Origin: Squalus acanthias
Taxonomy: Eukaryota
Length of the DNA: 64,000 nt
Direction: 5' to 3'
NCBI GenBank assembly: GCA_030390025.1
Contig: CM059432.1
Coordinates: forward strand, 130,698,001-130,762,000
The translations under genes were made by a program, and so were the position numbers. The notes below the pieces were generated by a model. The model ran no database searches and was not told where the DNA came from. It saw nothing but the letters and a program-made list of their open reading frames with translations. Shown piece after piece: positions 51,570 to 63,311 of the stretch (position 1 is the stretch's first letter; every line of letters starts with the position of its first letter).

Positions 51570-51910
51570 TGCTGCACTGTCAGAGGTGCCGTCTTTCGGT
51601 TGAGACGGTAAACCAAGGCCCCGTCTGCCCTCTCAGGTGGATGTCAAAGATCCCATGGCGCTATTTCAAAGAAAAGCAGGGAAGTTATCCCCGGTGTCCA
51701 GGTCAATATTTATCCCTCAATCAACATCACTAAAACAGATTATCTGGTCATTATCACAGTGCTGTTTGTGGGAGCTTGCTGTGCGCAAATTGGCTGCCGC
51801 GCTTCCTACATTACAACTGTGACTGCACTTCAAAAGTAGTTCATTGGCTGTAAAGCACTTTGGGATGTCCTGAGGTCGTGAGAGGCGCTATATAAATGCA
51901 AGTCTTTTTA
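51570..51910 (+). mobile_element. DeuSINE inserted into an ancient SINE (51470-52180)
   Basis: Deu core and L2-type tail. Confidence 0.85.
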
Positions 51911-51975
51911 GGAGAGAGAAAATAAGGTAGACTCTCCAATCCTGAATACTATCTAATAACCTCTACTGGAACATG

Positions 51976-52010
<35 letters not shown>

Positions 52011-52018
52011 TGTGTGTA
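51976..52018. repeat. (GT)n microsatellite
   Basis: Seen directly. Confidence 0.97.
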
Positions 52019-52342
52019 TAAATATTGAATTAGAATAGGACCAGACTTAGCTGTGGTGCTGCCAATGGTCAAAGACCCTCCCAAAAATAGTGGCTACTTG
52101 AGTGAGGTACCAGGTGCTGTAGATGTACAACTCGGAATGATTCAGTGTTCTCGGGACAGGAGGAGTGAAAACTGGGGAAAAAGAACTACACTGTTAATGT
52201 ACTCTGACATTTTTCACTGATAAGTCAATAGATCAAATACAATGTTAATGTTATCTTTTGTTAAGTTAGTGCTAATAGAAGAGTCCATATGATTTGCACT
52301 TTAAAATCAGTAAACACACATATTTTGAATATTTCTCCACAG

Positions 52343-52475
52343 GCAGTACAGACGAAGAATGTATTTGCGATTGGAGCAGAGAGTGAGGACGGTGCAGAAG
52401 ACAAGTGGAAGGACTATGTGCGAGAGCGACGGGCTCCACATAAAAATATACCATTTCAAACAGATGCTGAGCTAG
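52343..52475 (+). CDS. Ankyrin-repeat gene coding exon (AVQTKNVFAIGAESEDGAEDKWKDYVRERRAPHKNIPFQTDAEL)
   Basis: tttctccacag acceptor, TAG|gtagtg donor; phase 0 to 1, open frame. Confidence 0.7.
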
Positions 52476-53163
52476 GTAGTGTGACCTTAGATTTACTGAG
52501 GTTCTAGTCAAATTATTCAATCCGCAAGCTGGGGGGAAAATAAGCAGACTGTTTCCTGTGGTGCTGCCTATGGTCCACCAGAGTTGACTGGAAGCAGTGA
52601 TCCACCAGTTTGTTGGTTAATGTCCTTCTAAATTATATCTTTCATCAGGAATACAAGTACAAAATTTCAAGAAAGCAAATATTCATATTTCTTTTATCGG
52701 GCTTGTGTTGCCAATGTCTTTCTGCGGAAACAGAAATTGGGCGGGGGTGTAAGTTGGGCACTAATACGCTACCACCCGTTTAATGCCTGGCAGTAAAAGT
52801 GAAAATTCACCCCGCAAACTGGTAGGGTACGTCTTGAGGGAATGGGGGTAGAAATAGCAGAGGTCTCAGAAATTGTAGGAGGATTCCCTTCTTTGGGATG
52901 GACTTCTGCCCCCAGCCCCCAACCCATTTTCTTGGGACGGGGCTTATTAAATGTGGTCACGGGGAGTGGTGGTAATACGGGTGGAAGGACGGACAATCCG
53001 CCAGGACCCGGGCCCCACCCATCCCACCGTTACCATTGGCATGCGGCAGGCAAGGAAGGAACTGGCAGCGGCATCCCCGGTAGGGGTGAGGGGAAGGAAA
53101 CCAGGCAGGATCACAGAGAAAAATCCTTGCTTCCCATATTTCAGGGTTCTACTGAGAGTGGAT

Positions 53164-53319
53164 GGGGGTGAAATTCAACTTGGGTCGGGGGGCAAAATGG
53201 CGGTAGAAGTTCGGCCAATTGGTAGCAGGTTGACCTCTGAAAATCGGGCGAGCTGTATAATGGGCGGAGGTTAAATTACTACTCGTTTTGCGCCCATGTC
53301 GAAATTGAATTTCACCCCC
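53164..53319. mobile_element. Short MITE (156 bp)
   Basis: Perfect 15-bp TIR GGGGGTGAAATTCAA. Confidence 0.85.
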
Positions 53320-53906
53320 AATGTTTGCTGAAGGTCTGGAGAGTGAAAAAACTGTTGCCTATTTTCAAAAAGGGAGACAGAGCTAACCCAGGTAATTACA
53401 GGCCATTTAGTTTAATATCGTGGTAAGAAAAGTACTGGAATCTTTAAAGACTAAAGATGAAATTACTAAATTTCTACATGAAGTGAAAATAAATAGGAGC
53501 AACCGACACAGAATTCAGAAAGGAACATTGTGTTTGACAAACCTGAAAGCGTTCTTTGAGGAGGTGGGAGAATTGCAGTGAATGTGGTGTTCGGGGACTT
53601 TCAGAAAGCCCTTGACAAGGTGCCACACAGGAGATATTGGGGAAGATTAAGGGGTATGGAATTAGAGGAAGGGTAGCAAATTGGATTAAAATATAGTTAG
53701 AAGGGAGGAAACAGAGATTGGGAGTTAAAAGCAGTTTTTCGGAAGGGTTGGAAGTGGGTAGCGGTGTCCCACAGGGTGATGTTCTGGGACTGCTTTTGTT
53801 CACCGTGTACATCAATGATTTGGATATAGGACTAGAGGGAGTGGTGTCCAAATTTGCAGACAATACTAAAATAGGAGGTATAGTGAATAATTCTAAGGAC
53901 CAAGGG

Positions 53907-54358
53907 AAAAAAGAAAGACTTGCATTTATATAGCACCTTTCACGACCACCGGACGTCTCAAAGCACTTTACAGCCAATGAAGAATTTTTTTTTTGAAGTA
54001 TAGTCACTGTTGCAATGTGGGAAACGCGGCAGCCAGTTTGCGCACAGCAAGCTCCCACAAACAGCAATGTGCTAATGATCAGATAATCTGTTTTTGTTAA
54101 TTGAAGGATAAATATTGGCCAGGACACTGGGGATAACTCCCCTGCTCTTCTTCGAAATAGTGCCGTGGGATCTTTTACGTCCACCTGAGAGAGCAGACAG
54201 GGCCTCGGTTTAACGTCTCATCCGAAAGACGGCACCTCTGACAGTGCAGCACTCCCTCCGCACTGCACTGGAGAGTCAAGCTAGCTTTATATGCTCAAGT
54301 GCCTGGAGTGGGACTTGAACCCACAACCTTCTGACTCAGAGGCGAGTGAGCCACAAGC
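53907..54358 (-). mobile_element. Near full-length DeuSINE
   Basis: Head, Deu core and tail all present. Confidence 0.9.
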
Positions 54359-54419
54359 TGTTAGCAGAAGTTGTTAAGTTAATCAGAATGGGCAAAATGT
54401 GGCAGATGGAATTCCGTAC

Positions 54420-54848
54420 CATAGAAACATAGAATCTAGGAGCAGGAGTAGGCCATTCGGCCCGTCGAGCCTGCTCCACCATTCAGTACGATCATGGCTG
54501 ATCATCCAAATCCAGTACCCTGTCCCTGCTTTAATCCCCACAGTACACATATCCCACCCTACCCCTGTAACCCCACGTATTTAATTCCCCCTAACATATC
54601 CCATCCTATCCCCATAACCCCACATATTTAATACCCCCCTAACACTAAGGGTCAATTTATCATAGCCAAATCAACCTAACCCACACATTTTTGGACTGTG
54701 GGAGGAAACCGGAGCACCCGGAGGAAACCCACGCAGACACGGGGAGAATGTGCAAACTCCACACAGACAGTCACCTGAGGTCAGATTCGAACCCGGGTCC
54801 CTGGCGCTGTGAGACACCAGTGCTAACCACTATGCCACCGTGTTGCCC
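54420..54848 (-). mobile_element. HE1-type V-SINE
   Basis: Near-identical to the other two copies. Confidence 0.92.
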
Positions 54849-56362
54849 AGTAAATTTGAGGTGGTACACTTGAGTTAAAAAAAATAAAAGTAATAATTAC
54901 ACTCTGAACGGAGGAAGGCTGGTTGATGTGGCAGACCAGAGGGATTTGGGGTGGGGGAGGGCGGGGTGTTGCTCAGACTCACAGACATTAAAAACAGTAC
55001 CTCAAGTCGGGGAGGCGGGTGTTGCTCAGTCTCACAGACATGGAAAACAGTACCTCAAGTCGATACGGCTTTATAAATAAGGCAAATGGAATATTGGGTT
55101 TTATGGCAAGTGGTGTAGAATATAAAAGTTGAGGTGTAATGGCGAATCAATATGGAACCTCAGTAGGACCACAGTTGGAATACTGCATGCAATTTTGGAC
55201 TCCACACTATAGGAAGGATGTTGAGGCAATCGAGATGGTACAACACAAAATGCTGCCTGGTATAAGAAAATGGAAGTGCGAACAAAGGCTTGAAACATTG
55301 TGATTGTCTCTCTATCTCTCCACTTCTGTCTCTCCTCCTTCACTTGTCTCTCTCTCTCTCTCTCTCTCTCTCACCTAAGCCACTTCTGTCATTCTCCTGC
55401 TTCACTTCTCACTTTCCTGCGCTGCTCATTCCATTCTTGTCTTTTTTTTAATCGCATCTCGATTTGTAACTTGGCTCAGTGGTAATACTCTGCCCACTGG
55501 CTCGGAAGGTCATGGGTTCAAGCCTTACTGCTTTGAAGTCTTGGCAGGCTGGAAAGCATTCAGGAGGTGGCCCATACAGGAAGTGCCCGTGGGTCGTAAT
55601 ATTGGTGCTGGCCATTGCGTTTTCGACGACTCTAATATATTTGGAAGCATTCCATTTGGTTCCCAGTTGGAGTGTGGAATATTTATTTGGACCTTTCTCC
55701 TTCCCTGTTTATATTTTTACAGCTGGGCCCGGCTGCTCCTCTCCTTGATCGTGGTGCTAAAGTTCATTTTGAAGCTCTGGTGATTTCCCAGGCACTGGAA
55801 TAGTTTGCATTGGTCTGGTATTTGACCATTCATTGCAAACTACACAATAGCAGATGAAAATAAATCAGCCAAAATAGCCATTAAAATACAGAAAACTAGA
55901 CTTAAGTTGCTTGCTTTAAATGAACAATGAAAAACAGTCTGCTCAAAAAATGGACTATCCAGCAGAAACTGGCTGGTGGCAACTCCACTCTACAGCTCCT
56001 TTATTTAATATCAGGACAACATCTGCCATAATTTGGGACTCGGGTGCAGTTCCTGTATGTGTGGAGCTCCTAAAACATTAATTAACCAGGGTCTCATCTC
56101 TTTTCTTTAGGAATTTGAGGTGTATCTCATGGAGATAGTTTGGTCATTTTATGGGTCCATGGTGCCGGCAGGGAGCCTCACCCACCAGCCACGCAAATCA
56201 GAAACTCAGATCTTTAGTAGTCGGGATATTGTGAGCGGTGCGAATTTTCGATCTGTGCTGCTAGTGGCTGAGGCTCCCAGCCAGCGATGAGGATGGTAAA
56301 ATCGCTCCCTTTATGCCCCAGGTGGTGTGGATCCATTTTATTCTGTGCATTTGTTGGTAATA

Positions 56363-56783
56363 CAGTCCCCACAGCTTATAACAGGTGTATTTGTGCAAAC
56401 GTGATTTGCTCGCTACACGCGATGTAATGTAGCGCTATTATTATATAACAAGAACATTCCTTCTGTGTAGTGACCTTTTGTCCAGTTGTTTCCACTCTGA
56501 TCTGCAGCACAAACTGTAACCCCACACCCCTTAGAGGGGATTAGAAGGGTTTAAGTACACAAAAGGTAATTGAACTTACATATGTTTGTTCTTTCATTCA
56601 GTGCACCTTAATGAGGTGCCAACTAGTGAGTAAGCACAGCTGTTTCTGCCCAAATTAAATTTAAGTTGCTATAACTGGCAACCTTGAAATTGGTGTTAAT
56701 GCAAATGGATAACGGTTATCGCTTTTTGGCTAACGTAAGCAACTGCCTGTTTTAAACGTGTCCATTTTAAGCGGTGGGGACTG
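56363..56783. mobile_element. Tc1/mariner (pogo/Tigger-like) MITE, 421 bp
   Basis: TIR CAGTCCCCAC(A/C)GCTTA; TA on both sides. Confidence 0.85.
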
Positions 56784-57281
56784 TACGTGCTTTACTAATG
56801 TCTCCTTATAAACTCCTGCATCAAAACGACCGGATGTGAAAATTGTCCTCAGTCTTCGGGGAGAATCCATTTTACAAATCTGGCATTTTCCAGATCCTCT
56901 CTTATATTTCTACCCACCTTGTCATTTATAAGTCTTATTTGGACTTTAACACGGTGTCCACAGCCCACATAGGTAAAAATGCCTGGTTCCCTATTGCTGC
57001 TATCTACAATCTTGACATTTTAGTTATCCTCAGATGACTTTCGTAAGACTCCCATTTTTCTCTACTTGTTGTTTCCTGTATCTTTTATGTTATGTTACAC
57101 TTTTTTTTTCCAGTATGGAAATATATTCTTTCCGCATCACTTAAAATGCTCTTGAAACTTTTCCTGATATTGTTTTGCGGACTAGATTCACCGAAATCAG
57201 GTGGATGTAAACCTTACCGCTTCACAATTGTGACAATCTGTCAGAAACTGTAATCTGTTAATCTCATCATTCGATTTCCAG

Positions 57282-57460
57282 AGACCACGGGCTCAGCCAC
57301 ATATATTGGCTTGAAAAGGAATACAGATGCAGGGCAACAAATAGTGACATCGGATCAGCCTCCTGCGGCAAACAGTCAGCCCAGCAGCACCAGTGCTTCC
57401 CCCACCGCAGCTTTCCTTCAGTATTTTATCATAACGTCAAAGAGAGGCAATGATAGCAAG
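57282..57460 (+). CDS. Ankyrin-repeat gene coding exon (ETTGSATYIGLKRN...SPTAAFLQYFIITSKRGNDSK)
   Basis: tttccag acceptor, AAG|gtaaat donor; phase 1 to 0, open frame. Confidence 0.75.
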
Positions 57461-58125
57461 GTAAATTTTTCCCGTAACTTTTGGTTTGTGAAAGCATTTT
57501 ATGTAGCGTGTTGGAAAATTTTATATAATCAATCTTTTTTCCGCCCTTTTTTCCATAGCAACTGAAGTGTTGAAATATTACCATAACAGTTTACCTGCCT
57601 ACAGCTGACTCCTTTCCTGCGATGTTTGCAGATGTAACTAATGAATTAACAGGGCGTGCTTAAGTGAAACCGAAGAGGAAGGGGTGTTCTGTTTGTGGGT
57701 TTTGACATCCCCACTGACTCTTCAGGTATCAGGCACAGGCAACTGATAAAATGAACACCAGCCTTCTAAAATTCACACCTTCGTGTGAGCTTGCCGTTGT
57801 CATTAGATTGTGGGTACGGGCAGGACAGTCCCACTGCAACGCCATGAAGAAATCCCGACTGGTCTCCCAACTGGTGTGATTCTCCTCCTTGTCCTGGGGC
57901 CCTGGCGAGGACTTTCACGGGACCGATGCCAGCGCTGTTCAGGCGCTTCGTCCGCATAAAAAGAAATCAAATAATGACATTGGATCATCCTCCCAGCAGC
58001 AAACAATCAGCACAAGACCACTCGTTTTGAGTGTCGGCTGTGGCTCAGTGGGCAGCACTCTCGCCGCTGAGTCAGAAGGTTGTGGGCTCAAGTCCCACTC
58101 CAGAGGTAGGAGGCCTCCAAATTTA

Positions 58126-58248
58126 GGGGGTGATTTTAACCGAAGCTGCCGTGAAGTCAACAGAGAGTAAGATCGAGCGGGATGTAAAACGGGCAGTCGA
58201 CCAAACGTGCCCGTTTCCCGCCCAGCGGGTTATGTTAAAATAGCCCCC
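58126..58248. mobile_element. Short MITE (123 bp)
   Basis: TIR GGGGG(TG/CT)ATTTTAAC; TA flanks. Confidence 0.7.
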
Positions 58249-59644
58249 TAAATTCTGTTTGGGGCCATAATGAGTCTGCCATACAGTTATTTCAACAGGC
58301 TTTCTTTGCACTGGCCAGCCAGATTGAGGTGTGTTTAGACACCTCGGGTGTGTTGCATATCTCAGGGCTCTGCCCTGATAATTCAGGCAACGGGTGCCCA
58401 AGGCACTCCAGCCCTTACATTATCGGCCCCTCTATGTCCCCGGATATTAGTATCTATGCTTCTTATTTTGCACTGAGAGTTGCCATTTGTGATTCTCTTG
58501 ATTCACAACAGCAGTTCCGATCCATAATAATTCCGTACTCGGAGTCCGAGAGGATTTGTCCATTTATTGTTCGCTTTACAGCAATGTCAGCATTCTCTTG
58601 GAGGAGCTATCCCACCAGCACTGATTCTAGAAATAGAAACATAGAAAAATAGGAGCAGGAGTGGGCCATTCGGCCCTTCGAACCTGCTCCGCCATTCAAT
58701 ATGATCATGGCTGATCCTCTATCTCAATAATCCTGCTCTTCTTCCCTTGGTGGCTTAGTGGGTAACGCACTACCCAGTATGATCCAAGGCTCTGGCTCCT
58801 GATTCAAAAGAAAAAGAAAAATCTAAATTATTCCATTATAAGAACTTATCGTTTTCAACTAAGGTTTTATCTCTATTTACATCTTCAGTGAATGACGAGC
58901 CCAGTTTCCGATCATGTGTACATAACATGGGTAGGTATATAAAGCATGTTTTATTTTTAATCTAATGTCAATACTGCAGCATTAATGTCACTTGGAAGAA
59001 TATGTCTACAGTTATCCGTGTCAAAAAACCTCACTTGGAGGGGGCAGCAATTGCCATCTTAGAAACCATGTGACCAGTAAAATAATATTATTGATAATTA
59101 TAAATCAGGATATTTTAATCAACTTGGATGTGCAGCAAAGAGCTGCTGTGTAAAGCGGCATCCCCGTGAGCATCTAATGGTTGCTATTTGAGCAACTTTT
59201 TGACATGGAAGTGAACAGGCCAAATGTTTGTTTGAGGGTGGGGGGATGGGGTGGATAATAGCAGTTAAAAAAATAAGAGAAAAAATATTCATAATCTGCT
59301 TAACGATCAAAGTCATCACTCTGTACTATGTTGATGTATTGGTGGGTGGAGGGAAAATTGTTCGTTCCTCTACCTGCTCTTTATGGGATGTGGCTGGTGC
59401 AGAATAGCTGCCATAGCAACAGTCATTACATTTCAAACTGTGTGAAGCACTTTGACACAATTCAACATGATGAGTGCTATATAAATGCAAATATTAGTAT
59501 TTATAAAGAGGTGGAGAAAAGATAATATTCAAAATTGACGAGGAGGAAATAAGTTGCCTCCAGCCCACCCAATATAATCTCCACTCTGCATGTTCTGTTT
59601 GTTTTTGATAAGTGAAGAGGATTTGTTCCCTGAGTGTCTCTTTG

Positions 59645-61175
59645 TTTTCTCCAATTAAATATTGGGAAGACCGAAGCCATTGGGTGAAAAATTGAGTTGC
59701 GCTCCCTTTGGGGCGCTAACTTCGCCGGGGCACTACTTTTAGCGCCCCAAAATAATTAGCGCCCCCGCGGCCGAAATTCATCGGTAGCCCCCCAAGAGAG
59801 AAGCGGGGCGCTACTAGAAGCGCCCCGCCTCCCTCTTGGGGCGCTGCGAGGGAATATCACGGCGCTGCGGCACATCGCGCCGCGGTAATGCAGGCCTTCC
59901 TCCCCGTCTTAAAGGGGAGGGGCCTAGCGCAGCGCGACCTGGGGCCCAGCTGGGCCACCAGGGATCGGAGAGCCGGCAAAAGAGCCCGGCACTCAAGAGA
60001 AGTGCCAGGTTCACGGAGCCAGCAACAAAACTGGCCACCCGGCACCTTGCCTTTAATTAGAGCTGCCCCGGCCGCAGGTAGGCCCCCCTGACCCCGTCGG
60101 ACAAAGCGTCCGGCGGTAAGTCAGGGGGCTCTACTGAAGATCGTGACCGGGGCGCTGCGCACTGCGGTGACATCATTGCCAGCGGCGCAGCGCCGTGGGG
60201 CGCTAACGGTTACCGCCACCGCTAACCTCCCACTGAATTTCGCGGAAGGTGTTGGCGGCACCGTGTCCGGGCGCTAGTTGCTTTGCACCCCATTAGCGCC
60301 CTCTTAGGGCACTAACGGGAGGCGCAAAGCAACCGAATTTTTACCCCATTGTCTTTGGTCCCCGCTACAAACTCCGTTCCCTAGCCACTGACTCCATCCC
60401 TCTCCCTACCATCTGTCTGAGGCTGAACCAGACTGTTCCCAACCTTGGTGTCATATTTGACCCTGAAATGAGCTTCCGACCACATATCCACGGCATAACT
60501 AAGACCGCCGATTTCCACCTCCGTAACATCGCCCGACTCTGCCCCTGCCTCAGCTCATCTTCTGCTGAAACCCTCATCCATGTCTTTGATACCTCTAGAC
60601 TTGACTATTCTAACGCGCTTCTAGCTGGCCTCCCACATTCGACCCTACGTAAACTTGAGGTCATCCAAAACTCGGCTGCCCGTGTCCTAACTGGCACCAA
60701 GTCCTGTTCACCCATCACCCCTGTGCTCGTGGACCTCCATTGGCTCCCGATTAAGCAATGCCTCCATTTCAAAATTCTCATCCTTGTTTTCAAATCCCTC
60801 CATGGCCTCGCCCCTTCCTATCTCTGTAATCTGCTTCAGCCCCACAACCCCCCGAGATATCGGCGCTCCTCAAATTCTGCCTTCTTGAGCATCCCTGATT
60901 ATAATCGCTCAACCATCGGTAGCCGTGCCTTCAGCTGCCTCAGCCTTAAGCTCTGGAATTCCCTCCCTAAACCTCTCCGCCTCTCTCCCTCTCTTTCCTC
61001 CTTTAATACGCGCCTTAAAACTTACCTCTTTGACCAAGCTTTTGGTCATCTGCCCTAATTTCTTCTTATGTTGCTTGGTGTCAAATTTTTATCTTATAAC
61101 ACTCCTGTGAAGCGTCTTGGGATGTTTTACTATGTTAAAGGTGCTATATAAATACAAGTTGTTGTTGTTGTTGTT
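59645..61175 (+). mobile_element. L2 LINE 3' fragment interrupted by a MITE
   Basis: ORF 60468-61058 is an L2 ORF2 C-terminus; (TTG)n tail. Confidence 0.93.
59682..60347. mobile_element. CpG-rich Harbinger-like MITE (666 bp)
   Basis: TIRs GGGTGAAAAATTGAGTTGC / GCAACCGAATTTTTACCCC; 3-bp TSD ATT; excision restores the L2 sequence gaagccattgtc. Confidence 0.88.
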
Positions 61176-61234
61176 TAACTATTAGTCATATTAATGTTAA
61201 CAGCCAATAAACATCTGTAACCTTTTGTTTTTAG

Positions 61235-61321
61235 ATTGATTTGGAACTCTTGAATACAATGCTGGAAAATGGAGCAGATATCAATGCTACTGACAGATAC
61301 GGACAGGGCGTTTTGCATGGG
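61235..61321 (+). CDS. Ankyrin-repeat exon (IDLELLNTMLENGADINATDRYGQGVLHG)
   Basis: Ankyrin consensus; ttttag acceptor and GGG|gtaatg donor; phase 0 to 0. Confidence 0.9.
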
Positions 61322-62210
61322 GTAATGTGAACTTGATGACGCGATTCATTTTAGAGAAAGTATTTTCACCGCTAACCACATATTGCATTTAATAATTATG
61401 ATTAGTGTAGCTTTTTTAATTGTGGCTCTAAGTGCTGCATTATGATTTTAATAGATATAAATGCTGTCTCACGAGAAATATTGTCTTTTGCTAATTGATG
61501 TTCATCATCAAACCACAACAACTTGCATTTATATAGCGCTTTTAATTTAATAAAAGGTCCCAAGGGGGCAAAAGGAGATCTGTGAATTTGTTAATACAGA
61601 GTGATTCAACAAGTGAAAGTCAGAACCCTGTCTATCATCATTAAAGTGTAGCTAACAATAATTGTGGATAATTGCCCTTCTACAGATATTCTGGAAAATC
61701 TATTCTTGTCTGTTAAATATATATCTAATGCATGTATAAAAATAATTTCCCCTTCTTTATCAGTCATATTAGCACATCACGCAGATCTCTTATGCAGTCA
61801 GTCATAATAGCACACAATTTAAATGGAACATTCTCAAATAGGTACATCTTTGTATACTTTAGGGAAGTATACTTGGTCAGCCTTGACTTCACTCCTACAA
61901 TGTAACCTTGACACCACATGTGTGTTCATCACTAACTGGCACTTATAACATTCGGTAGCACGCATGCGTGGAATTTAGCAGTATGTTGGCTTATTCTTTC
62001 AAATGCTGTTAAAATTTCAGACAAATCTGACCTGGAGAAGAGTCAAACTAAAACCTTCGCAGTCTCCCAATAGTAACAGGAAAAGACCTATTTGTGAGAC
62101 CATCAGCTTTGTAACCTTATTTTAGTCTGCCATGAGAAACCTACTCATTACGTGGTTTAAAAATGGCACTTGCTTAACAGTCTAACTACATTTCGTACCT
62201 CTGTCAATAG

Positions 62211-62361
62211 GCGGCCTGGACATGGCACCCTGATGTTGCCAGGTTTTTGATCGAGAGACACGCTGACGTTAACAAGCCTGATAACTATGGTATAACCCCA
62301 CTGCACGTGGCTGCAGCAATAGATTACCCTGAAATGGTTGACTTTCTTCTGGACTGTGATG
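62211..62361 (+). CDS. Ankyrin-repeat exon (AAWTWHPDVARFLIERHADVNKPDNYGITPLHVAAAIDYPEMVDFLLDCD)
   Basis: G-TPLHVAA motif; aatag acceptor and G|gtaaga donor; phase 0 to 1. Confidence 0.93.
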
Positions 62362-62789
62362 GTAAGATAAATGTTTGCAGGGGTAGCTATAATATGATAG
62401 CAGTGCTGTACAAGATTACTAAAGGAGGAAAGCTGTGTTCTTTAACCTGTCACTCACACCGTCACAAATATGTATACCTGTTGGGGCATGTTGATCCAGC
62501 TGTTTCATTATTTATTTCACGGTGTCCTTGGGTTTCAGGACTGCAGCTGTTCACACATTGTGAAGGCCTCACCCTATCTGCTATCTCTGGATGTTAGCTG
62601 AGAAAACTTTGGTTGGCCTGTGCCCTAAATAGGACCTATGGGTCCAACTGTCCATTCCATTGAGTAAGGACAACCAGATTGAAGGAAGCGGGGAGCGCAG
62701 GTCAGCTTAGCATTCCATGACCATTGCAACCTGATGAGCCTCACACATCTACGGCCTGCAAAGGATCAATCATGCAGTATGCAGATACC

Positions 62790-62960
62790 CTGTGTCCATA
62801 CAAGAGTGTTCATGATGCGGAGATGCCGGTTCGGAATCTTGTCTGCTTTCTTGCATCTCTGTAGATACTTGATGTCTGTGTCAATATGCACGATCTTCTT
62901 GGAGATTCTCTCCACTTTGAGCCGGCAGTTTGTGGTGTCAATAGTGGTCATGAGTGTGAT
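62790..62960 (-). mobile_element. Penelope-like element ORF N-terminal fragment (intronic)
   Basis: TTNCRLKVERISKKIVHIDTDIKYLQRCKKADKIP resembles the FL..C....IPKGL region of PLE ORFs. Confidence 0.6.
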
Positions 62961-63149
62961 CTTGAGTTGTTGCCAGTTGGTTGGTAGAAGAAGAATCAGT
63001 GATGTTTATGCTGGTGCACTGACTTTTCTGCTGTGTAGAACAAAATATTGTGCTAAGATAATGTGATATGCACAGTAAGAATAAAACATAGCCACAATAC
63101 AGTAAGCTGAATCACCGGAATACGTATAACTGTATTCATCCTTTTTTAG

Positions 63150-63311
63150 TGGACAGTGAAGCGAAGACGACTGGAATGCTACAGACGCCAGTGCACTATG
63201 CTGCTAAGTATGATGCTGCTAATTGCCTGAACTGTCTGTTGAAACACGATGCTAACATGAACGCTCGAGACTACAAACAGCGAACCCCTCTGCAACTGGC
63301 AACAGAGCTCG
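63150..63311 (+). CDS. Ankyrin-repeat exon (VDSEAKTTGMLQTPVHYAAKYDAANCLNCLLKHDANMNARDYKQRTPLQLATEL)
   Basis: TPVHYAA and RTPLQLA motifs; ttttttag acceptor and G|gtaaga donor; phase 1 to 1. Confidence 0.93.

Larger units (their letters stand above)
53100..55260 (+). mobile_element. Old CR1 LINE fragment interrupted by a MITE, a DeuSINE and an HE1 SINE
   Basis: SGVPQGDVLGLLLFTVYINDLD...KFADNTKIGG. Confidence 0.85.

Noticed and set aside
54954..55061. ~54-bp tandem duplication
   Set aside because: Lies within decayed CR1; ordinary slippage or repair product
57889..58170. 93-aa ORF in an intron
   Set aside because: Runs into a SINE head and a MITE; no convincing splice sites or recognisable domain
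58889..58930. 42-nt candidate cassette exon (cttcag...TGG|gtaggt)
   Set aside because: Starts with TGA in the required phase 0, and the flanking exons already join in frame; a poison exon cannot be supported without RNA data
62731..62765. CTGATGAG hammerhead-like box near the Penelope ORF fragment
   Set aside because: No properly placed GAAA or stems follow
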